Source of the DNA: an uncultured archaeon
Lineage (GTDB): Archaea; Asgardarchaeota; Lokiarchaeia; Sigyniarchaeales; SOKP01
Reading direction: 5' to 3'
Assembly (NCBI GenBank): GCA_964486045.1
Contig: CAZALK010000004.1
Coordinates: 32,001 to 96,000 of the forward strand
DNA length: 64,000 nucleotides
The translations under genes and the position numbers were made by a program. Of the stretch, positions 1-10,092 are shown in pieces; within the stretch, counting starts at the first letter, position 1, and the number at the start of each line of letters is the position of its first letter. The notes beneath the pieces were generated by a model. The model saw only the letters and a list, made by a program, of their open reading frames with translations. It was not told the origin of the DNA and did no database searches.

Positions 1-454
1 TCATCTATCTCTGCTATATCTAATAATCTGTGTTTAGTATCAAAAATTACTTCTTTTTCTTCTTTAGGAAAATAAACTCGAAAAACTGGAATATATATTA
101 TGTATTGAAATGAATCTGAAAGAAGAATATCTTTTTCTAAAACACTATATTGTTCCTCAAATAGTTTTTTAAGAATACTAGAAGAATCCATTAATGTTTT
201 ATTTATCTTGTGGTCTACTGCAATTCTTGTCATTTTTTTTAAAAAAGTAGGTATGTAATAATGTCCTAATAGATTATGTATTCCATTGATTCATAATTCC
301 ATTGAAATTTAGCGATATTGGAATTATTGTTTAATTCTATCAGAAATTTTTTTCCTCGAGATTCAGAAAAAATCCTCTCTCGACGATTTTTATTTTGATA
401 ATAATATTGAAAAAATTCCCAAATAAGTTCTAATAATTCTTTATTTTTTGCCAT
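1..454 (-). pseudogene. Hypothetical protein, frameshifted near ~280, running off the window start
   Basis: ORF 454-266 stops early; another minus frame (HNLLGHYYIPTFLKKMTRIAVDHK...) stays open to position 1. Confidence 0.45.
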
Positions 455-641
455 TATATTAATACTGAATCTTTAATTAGAATTTTTTATCTATTCTATT
501 ATTTATATACAAATTTTCTATTATTTTTTTCTTAATCCCTCAGTAGTTAGGAGAACATGTACCAATTATTGAGGAAACAGATATATTCAAAATGCATTTA
601 TTATAGGAGTAATGACTGTTGGATTACTTTTTGTAGAAATG

Positions 642-661
642 CGTGAAATAACCGTTTCACG
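642..661. repeat. Complete dyad site CGTGAAA-TAACCG-TTTCACG (putative tyrosine-recombinase site, array head)
   Basis: Perfect 7-bp inverted arms around a 6-bp asymmetric spacer; extends to 11-6-11 with 9/11 arm match. Confidence 0.8.
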
Positions 662-865
662 AAATTAAAAATTGTAGTGAACGAGTTAGTACCGCGAGTA
701 ATATTTTCCTATTATAAATCACAAGAAAAGAATATTTGTCATTTTTAGAATCTCTTCGCTAAAGCCAGAAATAAGAACAATATTATTTATTTTTAGAAAA
801 ATAATCTTAATTATAAGAGATTTTAATTTAAAATAGAAATTTAAATAATAAATAGGTAAAAATCC

Positions 866-1819
866 ATGAAAAGAATAAATTCCACTAAAATTATTAGTAT
901 AATCAATTGGAAAGGTGGAGTGGGTAAGACTACTTGTGCAGTTAACATTGCTGCAGAATGGGCAGATATGAATAAAAAAATATTATTAATAGATATTGAT
1001 GCACAAGCATCTGCTTCAGCTTATCTCTACACGGAAGAGAAATATAAAGTGGAATATTTTAATCCAATTTTAGAAGCTTTAAGAACGAGAAAAGAAGAAA
1101 ATGTGGCTAAAGATATAGCAATCAAGAAATCAATTTATGGTGTATTTTGGGATGCAATCAAGGATACAAATCTTTTTTCAAAAAACAGTGGGATAAAAAA
1201 AAGCTTAGGAGATTTAAGAACCCTAGATCTAATTCCATCAACATTTTATTTAAATGAACTTGAGCAAGAAATTTCTTCTGCTTCGAGTACTCAAGGATTA
1301 TCTCCCTTCAATATTCTTAGACTAGGTTTAAACAAACATGAAATTTTAGAAAATTATGATTATGTTTTAATAGACTGTCCACCAAACCTTAACTTGATTA
1401 CTTTAAATGCTATTTTCGCATCAGATTACTATCTTATTCCAACAATCCCAGATCAATTGTCAACATTAGGGTTACCTTTGTTAATAAGAAGATTGCAAAC
1501 CGTGAAAAAGCGGAGATTGGAATTAGATGGAAATGACCCAAAACTTTTAGGAATTATACTTACAAAAGTTTCTCATCAATTAAGGGGCATACAAACATCA
1601 TGGATTGAGGTACAAATTCCTTGGATGTTAGAGCGTTTTATTGAAGATAAATTAGTTTGGAATAAATCTAAAATATATGAAAATTACATTAAAGAAGCGG
1701 TAGATATTCAAAAAGCTATGGAAGAGTCTAGACCATTATGCACATCAAAAGAAAAATCTAAAGAAATTAGAATAAGATATCAAAATTTAGCGAAAGAAAT
1801 AATCCAAACCATCTCTTAA
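866..1819 (+). CDS. parA: ParA/MinD-family ATPase
   Basis: Deviant Walker A KGGVGKTT, LIDIDAQ, LIDCPP motifs. Confidence 0.9.
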   Translation: MKRINSTKIISIINWKGGVGKTTCAVNIAAEWADMNKKILLIDIDAQASASAYLYTEEKYKVEYFNPILEALRTRKEENVAKDIAIKKSIYGVFWDAIKDTNLFSKNSGIKKSLGDLRTLDLIPSTFYLNELEQEISSASSTQGLSPFNILRLGLNKHEILENYDYVLIDCPPNLNLITLNAIFASDYYLIPTIPDQLSTLGLPLLIRRLQTVKKRRLELDGNDPKLLGIILTKVSHQLRGIQTSWIEVQIPWMLERFIEDKLVWNKSKIYENYIKEAVDIQKAMEESRPLCTSKEKSKEIRIRYQNLAKEIIQTIS

Positions 1820-1846
1820 TTAAGTATAACCTAATGTGGCTTAAAA

Positions 1847-2437
1847 ATGCGTGAACAAGAAGTATCAATCAATATCCTTAATGGTCTCCTAGATTTCTCT
1901 AAAAAATATCCAAATTCTATCGATTGGAAGAAATTTGAAAAAGAATCGATTAAGATGGAATCTAAATTTAAAAATTTAATAATTCCTTCAAATAATGTTA
2001 AAAATATATTTTCTAATCGAAGTTATTTTAAAAATTTGAACGAAATCAAGGGATTTATGAGTAAAAATTTCAAACATAACATTAAAGAACGAACTACAGT
2101 AGGGGTTTTATCTTATATTACATACATTACTATAAAAAACCCCAGTTTGATATTAAAAATCGAAAATATCATTAAAGCTAAGTCAAAAATTATTATTCCA
2201 AAAAAAAAGCCTCAACCAAGGATTAGTCAACCAAATAAATCATGGAAGGAATGGACTAAATATGAATCAGAAGAATTACATAAACATCTGGATAAGTTAA
2301 CACTTACTCAAATTAAACCCAAGTTGGGGAAATTACTATCTTCTAGTGAAAAAAAACTTAGAAAAGCAGAACTTATTGATGTTATAGTTAAAAAAATTAC
2401 AAAATTGAAAATTCATTATGAAATGGGACCCGGATGA
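1847..2437 (+). CDS. Basic hypothetical protein with possible C-terminal HeH/Rho-N-like DNA-binding module
   Basis: Operonic with parA; C-terminus LTLTQIK...KLRKAELIDVIVKKI. Confidence 0.55.
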   Translation: MREQEVSINILNGLLDFSKKYPNSIDWKKFEKESIKMESKFKNLIIPSNNVKNIFSNRSYFKNLNEIKGFMSKNFKHNIKERTTVGVLSYITYITIKNPSLILKIENIIKAKSKIIIPKKKPQPRISQPNKSWKEWTKYESEELHKHLDKLTLTQIKPKLGKLLSSSEKKLRKAELIDVIVKKITKLKIHYEMGPG

Positions 2438-2934
2438 TACGACGCAAGAAAGTTATGTTCGAGGAGGATCTTCACGAAATATTTTATAGGTTTCCTTATT
2501 TAATTGTAAATAAAACAGCTTCTATTATTAATACAATTCATGAATACAGGCTTGATTCTGCTTCTATCCCAGATATCTACATTGAAACTCTTTTTAAAAA
2601 ATATTATTGTGAAGTAAAACTGGGAAATTTAAAAGAAATTGATCTATATCAAGCAATACGGTATTCAAATACGATTAAAACCCAAATTGATAACCATGAA
2701 ATTCAAGAGGATTCTAAAAAATCTATAATTATTCTTATTGGAATAAATATCTCAAGTAATTTAGAGGATATGGCAAAAAAAAAGGACATTTCAGTGAAAA
2801 TAATTGGCAGGAACATTCCTGAATCTATAACTATATGCAAAAATTGTAGAAAGGCATATGATTCTAAAGTATTTTGTTGTAGCTTTTGTAATTCAAATGA
2901 AATTCTCGAAGTCATAACTTTGAAATATAAGTAA
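2434..2934 (+). CDS. PD-(D/E)XK (NucS/Mrr-like) nuclease with C-terminal Zn ribbon
   Basis: PDI...EVK...QAIRY motif; CKNC...CSFC; ATGA overlap with the upstream gene. Confidence 0.6.
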   Translation: MIRRKKVMFEEDLHEIFYRFPYLIVNKTASIINTIHEYRLDSASIPDIYIETLFKKYYCEVKLGNLKEIDLYQAIRYSNTIKTQIDNHEIQEDSKKSIIILIGINISSNLEDMAKKKDISVKIIGRNIPESITICKNCRKAYDSKVFCCSFCNSNEILEVITLKYK

Positions 2935-3072
2935 TTTTCTTTGCAATTGTAATGTGCTTTATCATTATATGTTGTAGGTGATAATCTCTCTTAACAAAGA
3001 GCAACAACTTAAATAATAATCGATATTTATACTTTTAAGTTAATAATTTTTATAAGGGTAAGGCGATATTAA

Positions 3073-3882
3073 ATGGTAATTCGCGTTGGGCTATGCTCTG
3101 ATATTGATTTAGAGAGCAAATTTAAACATATGACTACTAAAAAGAGGTTGGAATATGAAGAGGATCAATTAAGTGATTTTGACCAACTTATAAGAACCAT
3201 TATAAAGCAAAAAATTGATGCTATCTTTATAACGGGGAATCTTTTTGGAACAGCTAAACCTAAAAATCGAACAATTGAAATGCCTAAAGTTAAAGTTTCG
3301 GTTATAAGTCCTTTCAGAGTTCAAGCGAAAATACTGAATAACTTTATTAGTTCTAAAGTAGTTGACCTTCTGAACGGAACAGTTCATGTCATGCAAGGCC
3401 AAACAAGAGATATAGTTATTGGATCGATTGCTGCAACAAATTCTTCAATTTTTCTTGCACCACCTAAATATTGGATTTTAGATTTGGCTGAAAACATAGA
3501 AGAAATTTTCAAAAGATTAAATTACGATGCTAAGAAATGTCAAAAAATTTATAAATTTAACTTCAGACCGGTATTAGATGAGATAAAGCAAAAATGGAAT
3601 AAGTCTTTGAAAGAATATAGCCTAAGGAATTTTAATTATAATGAAAGAGAATTAAAAATGAGTACTTATGCAGGATATGAATATAAAGGGAATATAACAA
3701 ACTAAAAACTGTATCGATCAAATAGTTTTGCCCCAAACATATTTAATGTCCTTTTTAGTCGTGCTAGAAGATGTCTTGTATTGTTCTCTCACGAGGCTAT
3801 ATCCCGCAAAAATATAGTATTAAATTTAGCAAAGTTATGGATTGATACTTATCGTGAGTTCAAGATCCGTGGAGAAATATAA
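3073..3882 (+). pseudogene. Chimeric remnant: Mre11-like phosphoesterase N-terminus fused to an SF1 (UPF1/DNA2-like) helicase C-terminus; in-frame TAA at 3703-3705
   Basis: GLCSDIDL...IFITGNLF, then VISPFRVQ, TVHVMQGQTRD; motif VI FNVLFSRAR lies in frame after the stop. Confidence 0.65.
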
Positions 3883-4268
3883 GCTTTTCAACCGGATTTC
3901 CTGATTTGTTTGGTAGCTTGTTTTCTTAATTTTGTATTTAATGGTTTAGAATTAGTTAAAATCCTATTTCATTTTCTTAACTTAAATCTTTCGATCCATC
4001 AAATCATATCAAGTAATTTGGCTTTAGTAAAGCAATATTTTGATTCTCTGTCCGTAGAGTAATCATATGTGTAGATTTTATTATTTGTTTTACCTTTAAA
4101 TTAGTGATTGAAATTTAGTACAGCCTTAATTATCTGATCCTGATATTCAAAATACATTTCTTGATTTTAATAAGAGCTTTTTTATTACTGGCTAAAATGC
4201 TTTAATACTTGAAATCCCAAATCTTATCCTTTATTTTGTTTTTCTTAAAAATGAATACTTAATCTCAT

Positions 4269-4322
4269 ATGTTGTTTCACGAATTAATTAGATTATTTTA
4301 AACAAACAATAACCGTTTCACG
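4269..4322 (+). repeat. Array site: extra arm (4275-4281) plus TAACCG-TTTCACG (4310-4322)
   Basis: Exact 13-mer; block nearly repeated at 14539-14592. Confidence 0.85.
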
Positions 4323-4437
4323 AACTTTTTCAAGATATTAATTCTAGATAGTCTTCTTATTTTTAAGACATTAAGAGTTTAACTTACAAAATAGTTAAGA
4401 TTTATAACCTTTGAATAATAATCTGAATTAAAAATTC

Positions 4438-6702
4438 TTGAGGTTTATGCTTATGAGGATAAAATTGAGTGAATTTAGAATTCGTAATTTTAGATGTATC
4501 GATGATAGCGATTGGATAAAAGTTGAAGATATAACCTCCCTAGTAGGAGTTAATGAATCTGGAAAAACAGCTTTATTACAAGCATTATTGACTTTAAACC
4601 CCGGAAGTGGAGAAATAGACATAGATTACATTAGAGATTTCCCTAGAGCGAGATTGACTGAAGAGTATACTGAAGACTCTACCCTTGCTGAAGGTCGTTA
4701 TGTAATTCCTAAAGATTACCTAAATAAGAAATTAGGATTAAATAAATTAAATATAAATCCTAATAAAGAAATAATTTTAACCTTAAAAAGAAAATATGAT
4801 AAAAAATTATATTATAATTTTAATATTGAACTTGGAAAAAAATTTATCCCACAATTAAAAAAAGTATTACAAGAAGCTAGGAAAAATCTTTCCCGTAAAA
4901 ATGTTGATCAAATTCCTCAAATTCCTGAAACTCCCAAAAAAGAGGAAGAACAGGATACTCAGACTGAAGATATAAAAGATGATCAAATCAAAAGATTCAC
5001 AGAAAAAATTAAAAATAATCTTGTCGAACTTATCAATCTATACCTAAAGGAAATTGAGATCTCTTTTAAAGAAAAAAAGATCTTCAATACCCCAGAAAAA
5101 AGAGAAGAGATCAAACAAAAAATAAATATGTATAACCAAGCTTTGGGAGAATATTTTCAAACAGCAGAAAATGAGTTAAGAGATTTGCTTGATTATTTTG
5201 AAGAATTGTTAAACAATTTAGAAGGAAAAAGTCTTAGCGAGAAATTATATGACCTAGTTAAACAAGATCTTCCTGTATACATCTACTTCGAAGACTATAA
5301 TATCTTGGATGGGAGCATAATAATATCTAATTTAGTAAAAGCCATTCAAGGAGATATAAAATTTAAGGGATTTAAAATACAGGAAACTTTATTCAAACAT
5401 GTAAATTTGGATCCAATAGAAATTTATGAACTCGGGTCAACGAAACTTACAGATACACAAAAAATTGAACTTAATTCTAGAATACAGCAGAAAAATATAA
5501 ATGCGGACCAAGTTACGAATGATTTTTATGAAAAAGTGTCTAAAGAAAAGCAACAAAAATTAAAAAAAAGAAAGATCTTATTAGATTCTGCTTCTCAATT
5601 AATGACAAAGACATTGAATAAATATTTTCAAGAAAGAAACTATAAAGTTGAGTATGATACCGATGGTCAATTCTTACAAATTCTTATTTGGGATGATGTA
5701 AGACCGTCCAAAATAAATTTAGAGGAAAGAAGTAAAGGATTTAGATGGTACTTTTCATTTTTTCTTGTGTTTTTAGTAGAATCTGAGGGAATGCATAAGA
5801 ATGCAATTCTATTATTAGATGAACCAGGGATTCATTTACATTTACAAGCTCAATTTAATCTTATCAATTTTTTTCAAAAATTAGAAGAATCTAATCAAAT
5901 CATTTATTCTACCCATTCTCCATTCTTGATAGATGAATATCATTTAGAACAAGTAAGATCTGTTTATGAGGATGAAAAAGGTATAACCCATGTTACTGAT
6001 AATAACCTAATTCCAGATAAGAAATCTATATTCCCACTACAAGCGGCGTTAAGTTATAAAACTAGTCAGGTAATCTATCAAGGTTTAAAACAGCTTCTTG
6101 TAGAGGGTGATAGTGATTTTAACTATATAAAATCAATAAATTATATTTTAGAGAAAAGTGGGAAAAAATCACTTGATAAAGATATTGTTATAATACCGTG
6201 TAAAAGTGCTTCAAAAATTGATATGTATGCAAGACTATTTATTGATTTAGAGAACGTTCCTGTAGTTCTACTTGATTCAGATGCTGAGGGGAAAAGGGTT
6301 TTTGATGCTCTTACTGAAAAACTTTTTTCAAAAAATAAAAAAAATGTGTTAATGATAGGAGATTTTCTTAAGGATAGTTACGATACTGAAATTGAGGACC
6401 TTATAGGAAGAGAGCTCTTAGTGGATTGTATTAACAAAAATAATATTACTCAATTGCCTGTTTCATTAGATGAGATAGAAGATGGTACATTTGTTGATAA
6501 ACTAGTTGATTACTGTAACAAAAATAAAATCCCATTTAATGATAAATTAAATTGGAAATATGAAATATCATTAAAGTTTAAAAATAGTATATTAAGTGAA
6601 GATATTCATAAAATTATAGGTAAAATAACCCCTGAAAAACTTGGAGATTTTGAAAATCTAATTGGAAAAATAAATCGGAATGCTAAAAAGAAAGTCGATT
6701 AA
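4438..6702 (+). CDS. OLD-family ATP-dependent nuclease (ABC ATPase + TOPRIM)
   Basis: GVNESGKT, LLLDEPGIHLH, STHSPF, LVEGDSD, LDSD motifs; real start probably ATG at 4453. Confidence 0.85.
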   Translation: MRFMLMRIKLSEFRIRNFRCIDDSDWIKVEDITSLVGVNESGKTALLQALLTLNPGSGEIDIDYIRDFPRARLTEEYTEDSTLAEGRYVIPKDYLNKKLGLNKLNINPNKEIILTLKRKYDKKLYYNFNIELGKKFIPQLKKVLQEARKNLSRKNVDQIPQIPETPKKEEEQDTQTEDIKDDQIKRFTEKIKNNLVELINLYLKEIEISFKEKKIFNTPEKREEIKQKINMYNQALGEYFQTAENELRDLLDYFEELLNNLEGKSLSEKLYDLVKQDLPVYIYFEDYNILDGSIIISNLVKAIQGDIKFKGFKIQETLFKHVNLDPIEIYELGSTKLTDTQKIELNSRIQQKNINADQVTNDFYEKVSKEKQQKLKKRKILLDSASQLMTKTLNKYFQERNYKVEYDTDGQFLQILIWDDVRPSKINLEERSKGFRWYFSFFLVFLVESEGMHKNAILLLDEPGIHLHLQAQFNLINFFQKLEESNQIIYSTHSPFLIDEYHLEQVRSVYEDEKGITHVTDNNLIPDKKSIFPLQAALSYKTSQVIYQGLKQLLVEGDSDFNYIKSINYILEKSGKKSLDKDIVIIPCKSASKIDMYARLFIDLENVPVVLLDSDAEGKRVFDALTEKLFSKNKKNVLMIGDFLKDSYDTEIEDLIGRELLVDCINKNNITQLPVSLDEIEDGTFVDKLVDYCNKNKIPFNDKLNWKYEISLKFKNSILSEDIHKIIGKITPEKLGDFENLIGKINRNAKKKVD

Positions 6703-6769
6703 TTTCTTTTAGAATGAATAATAAGAAGAAGCTATTTTGCGAAAAAAAGAATAAAAAATTAGATATCAT

Positions 6770-6782
6770 CGGTTATTTCACG
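6770..6782 (+). repeat. Array site CGGTTA-TTTCACG
   Basis: Exact 13-mer between convergent gene ends. Confidence 0.85.
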
Positions 6783-6791
6783 AAAAATAAT

Positions 6792-7559
6792 CTATTTTCC
6801 TTTTGAATTGCTTTTTTCATTATTATTCTTAGACTTAATTTTAACTAGTTTTCGCAAGGTTTTAGGATCATTTTCTATTAAATGAAGTTGTTTCTTACGA
6901 AATATTAACCTTTCATAATTATCTAAGTTATCTAGATATTTTTTGAAAATTTCGTTAGAATTATCAAAATTCTGGCTCCTTTCTATTGCTTCTAAAGCGT
7001 TCTCAAAATTATCATGGCAAATTTTAATTCTTTTTTTGATATTGAAAATTTCTTCTTCCAAACTAGCTTTAATTGAATCGATTTCAAGATGTTTATTAAT
7101 TCTTATAATTTTTTTAGAGATAAATAATATACTCATTAAGACGTAAATTACAATTGCTGAAAATCCAACAATGTATCTTCCAGGATATATAAGTAAATTA
7201 GGAATATAATTTACCAACATACCTGCGACAAAAAAAATTAAAGTACTTAGGATTTTAAAAGATTTAAGTTGTGAAAAACTAAGTTGTCTATACATTGCGA
7301 AATAATAACTTAAAGCTACAAATATAATACAACCCCCAATAAACAATAAGTAAAACCATGAAATAGCATTCATATAACCTATAAAAATAGATCCAAGGCT
7401 TAAAATTACGTTATAAAATAGAAACATACCTAATGAGAAAAAATATAAAATATTATACAAGAGAGAATGATGATTTTTGAGAATTCTTAATATTTTTACA
7501 CGATATGTATCATATCCTAATTTTTTATCAACCTTCTTATTTGGCTCTTTCATAGTCAT
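6792..7559 (-). CDS. Membrane protein (~4 TM helices plus C-terminal coiled coil)
   Basis: Hydrophobic segments in the translation. Confidence 0.65.
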   Translation of the reverse strand: MTMKEPNKKVDKKLGYDTYRVKILRILKNHHSLLYNILYFFSLGMFLFYNVILSLGSIFIGYMNAISWFYLLFIGGCIIFVALSYYFAMYRQLSFSQLKSFKILSTLIFFVAGMLVNYIPNLLIYPGRYIVGFSAIVIYVLMSILFISKKIIRINKHLEIDSIKASLEEEIFNIKKRIKICHDNFENALEAIERSQNFDNSNEIFKKYLDNLDNYERLIFRKKQLHLIENDPKTLRKLVKIKSKNNNEKSNSKGK

Positions 7560-7921
7560 CCTAAAAATTTGTGATTTTTTTTACTTTAACTCAACTTAAA
7601 ATTCTAAATTTTTTTAGATCTGCCCTAAAATACATAAGTACTGACTATATAAAACAGAGATATTAAAGAGAATTAATAAATCTTCCTTTAGATTATTAAG
7701 TTAAAACTATTCAAAAAATTTTTTAACATCTTATCTCTAAATTCAAATTAAATTTTTTATCTAATTTCTAAGAAATTATCCAACTCATTTTAAAAAACAA
7801 AATCAACACACAAATCAGGAATACAAGCTTTAGGAAAATTTGGTTTTACTACAAATCCATTTTTGAATTTCCAATCAGAAATTCAATAATTTGGATTTTT
7901 TTAGAGGAATTAATATAATAC

Positions 7922-7934
7922 TAACCGTTTCACT
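7922..7934 (+). repeat. Array site TAACCG-TTTCACT
   Basis: 12/13 match, intergenic. Confidence 0.75.
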
Positions 7935-8016
7935 CAGATAGTAAACCTTTAAAAAAAACTATAAATAATTACTAGTAGAATATCTAAATGAAAACTAATA
8001 AAATAGACAAATTCAG

Positions 8017-9270
8017 ATGAATAACAAATTTATTAGGAAATTATATTCTCGGGATTTTGGATTTTTTAAAGAACTAGGGATTGATTTTAATCCTAAATTT
8101 AATTATATAGTAGGACCAAATGCGAGTGGAAAATCTACGATTCTAAAATATATTGCACTAGCATTTACCACAAATCGTAATGATTTTAAGATTTTTAGAT
8201 TCGGTGATAATCCTGAAAATTGGATAGAATACTATGAAAATGAGCAAATCTATCGAATAGGATGGGGAGATAGATTTATTTTAGGAAATTCTATTTATAG
8301 AGAAAGAAGGGATTTAAGATATGTTTCTCCGCCTAAAATTAATGGTGTCCGCCCATTGAGACCTAATGATCTTGAAAATGATAACATTAGAGTTGCACCA
8401 TTATTTATAGGTGCTTACAGAAGAATCAATTATAAAAAAATTGAAGGGATGGTTAAAGAGCAAGATGCCCCCATGCAAAGAGCTGATTATCGGAATATTG
8501 GCATAAGTAATCTAGAAGGTATAAAATTACCTCAAGTAAAACAGTGGATGATAAATAGATATTTTCAAATTGAAAAAGATTGGGCAGAAATTGAACGTAA
8601 AAATTGGAAATGGCTAATGACCAACATGTTTAAAATCGCTCCAGAGGGGACCCAATTTAATTTTATGGAAATTAGAAAAAATTTGGAATTAAACTTTATA
8701 TTAGATGATGTACTTTGTTTTCTTGAAGAACTCTCTGCAGGATATCAAGCCTTTCTTTCGATGGTGTTACACATATTTGATTGGATCGAAGGGATTAATG
8801 AAATTGATGAGGAACGAATAGTTCAATTTGCAGAGGGAACTGTCATTATAGATGAATTAGATGTTCATATGCATCCTGAATGGCAATTAAATGTAAGAAA
8901 TTCGTTAGATCAAATTTTCCCAAAACTTCAATTTATAGTTACAACTCACTCTCCTCATTTAATTGCTACAGCAAATAAAAATGAAATAATTATTCTTGAT
9001 GGTACATCAAGAGAGCTTTTTACTAAACCTGTAAATAAATCTTATTCTGGATGGACTACAGATTTGATATTAGAAGATGTAATGGGTGTTAAAAACCTAG
9101 TAAATAAGAAATACAACCAGTTATTACAGAAGTGTTTGAGTGCTATCGATCTTAATGATATAGCCGGATTAGAAAAAGCAATTGCGGAATTTGAAGAAAT
9201 AACACATCCCAAAGATACTATAATTACTGAATTAAGAATTGTTTTATCTAAAATGATTGCTAACAAATGA
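8017..9270 (+). CDS. ABC/AAA ATPase, Septu PtuA-like
   Basis: GPNASGKS, LSAGYQ, IIDELDVHMHPEWQ, TTHSPH; overlaps the HNH gene. Confidence 0.8.
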   Translation: MNNKFIRKLYSRDFGFFKELGIDFNPKFNYIVGPNASGKSTILKYIALAFTTNRNDFKIFRFGDNPENWIEYYENEQIYRIGWGDRFILGNSIYRERRDLRYVSPPKINGVRPLRPNDLENDNIRVAPLFIGAYRRINYKKIEGMVKEQDAPMQRADYRNIGISNLEGIKLPQVKQWMINRYFQIEKDWAEIERKNWKWLMTNMFKIAPEGTQFNFMEIRKNLELNFILDDVLCFLEELSAGYQAFLSMVLHIFDWIEGINEIDEERIVQFAEGTVIIDELDVHMHPEWQLNVRNSLDQIFPKLQFIVTTHSPHLIATANKNEIIILDGTSRELFTKPVNKSYSGWTTDLILEDVMGVKNLVNKKYNQLLQKCLSAIDLNDIAGLEKAIAEFEEITHPKDTIITELRIVLSKMIANK

Positions 9271-10042
9271 TACTATGATTTATATTAATAAGCCATCGAC
9301 TCCACCAAGTTCTCTCTCAAATTTTAAAGCAATAATGAAAGACTTAATTCTTCGATTTGGATCATATGATAATATTCCAGAGGATGAGAAAAATAAATTC
9401 ATTAATGGATATCGTCATCCGGAAGTAAGAGAAAGATTATTTAGTTGTAGTTTTGGGAAATGTGCTTATTGTGAATTGATCCCAGAAGGAAGTTCACTTA
9501 GGGTTGAACATTTTCATCCTAAATCTATATATCCTGAAGAGATTCTTGATTGGAGTAACCTTTTACCTTCTTGTGAAAAGTGTAATGCTTATAAATATAC
9601 ACATGATACTAAAGTCGATCCGATTATTAATCCATGTGAAACCGATCCATCCCTTTATTTTATTTATGATACCTTTAGAATTCTAGCATCTCCCACAGCT
9701 CCTAACCTCTCTCTTGCTAGTAAAACAATAAATACCTGTAACTTAAATCGTCCAGAATTAATTAAAAGCAGATCCAATATTTTAGCAAAAATGACTGATT
9801 ATATAAATGATATTGAAGACAAAATTATTGAACTGCAGAGTAATCCTTCTGATTTAATTATCAGGAGAAGAGTTCTCGCAATTGAAGAATCTTTTGACAC
9901 TATTGAAAATATGGCGGAAAAAGATAAACACCATTCGGCCTTAATTAGATATCGGTTATATAATAGTTTAGATATTTCGCAAAAAAGAAATTTCTTGGAG
10001 AATCTTAAAACAAGCTATTCAAGAATATTTCAAAATTTATAA
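9257..10042 (+). CDS. HNH endonuclease, Septu PtuB-like
   Basis: KCAYCE...VEHFHPKS...WSNLLPSCEKCN...IINP. Confidence 0.85.
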   Translation: MLTNDTMIYINKPSTPPSSLSNFKAIMKDLILRFGSYDNIPEDEKNKFINGYRHPEVRERLFSCSFGKCAYCELIPEGSSLRVEHFHPKSIYPEEILDWSNLLPSCEKCNAYKYTHDTKVDPIINPCETDPSLYFIYDTFRILASPTAPNLSLASKTINTCNLNRPELIKSRSNILAKMTDYINDIEDKIIELQSNPSDLIIRRRVLAIEESFDTIENMAEKDKHHSALIRYRLYNSLDISQKRNFLENLKTSYSRIFQNL

Positions 10043-10047
10043 TATCA

Positions 10048-10092
10048 TGGTAATTTCACGAAAACTTCAGTAAATTTATCGGTTATTTCACG
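10048..10092 (+). repeat. Two array sites: TGGTAA-TTTCACG (10048-10060) and CGGTTA-TTTCACG (10080-10092)
   Basis: One degenerate and one exact copy between convergent genes. Confidence 0.85.

Noticed and set aside
4438-6702. Gabija system
   Set aside because: No intact UvrD-like GajB partner; the upstream helicase fragment is UPF1/DNA2-like and lies across a site boundary
8017-10042. Retron (Ec78-type) system
   Set aside because: No reverse transcriptase or recognisable msr-msd nearby; Septu-like is the supportable call
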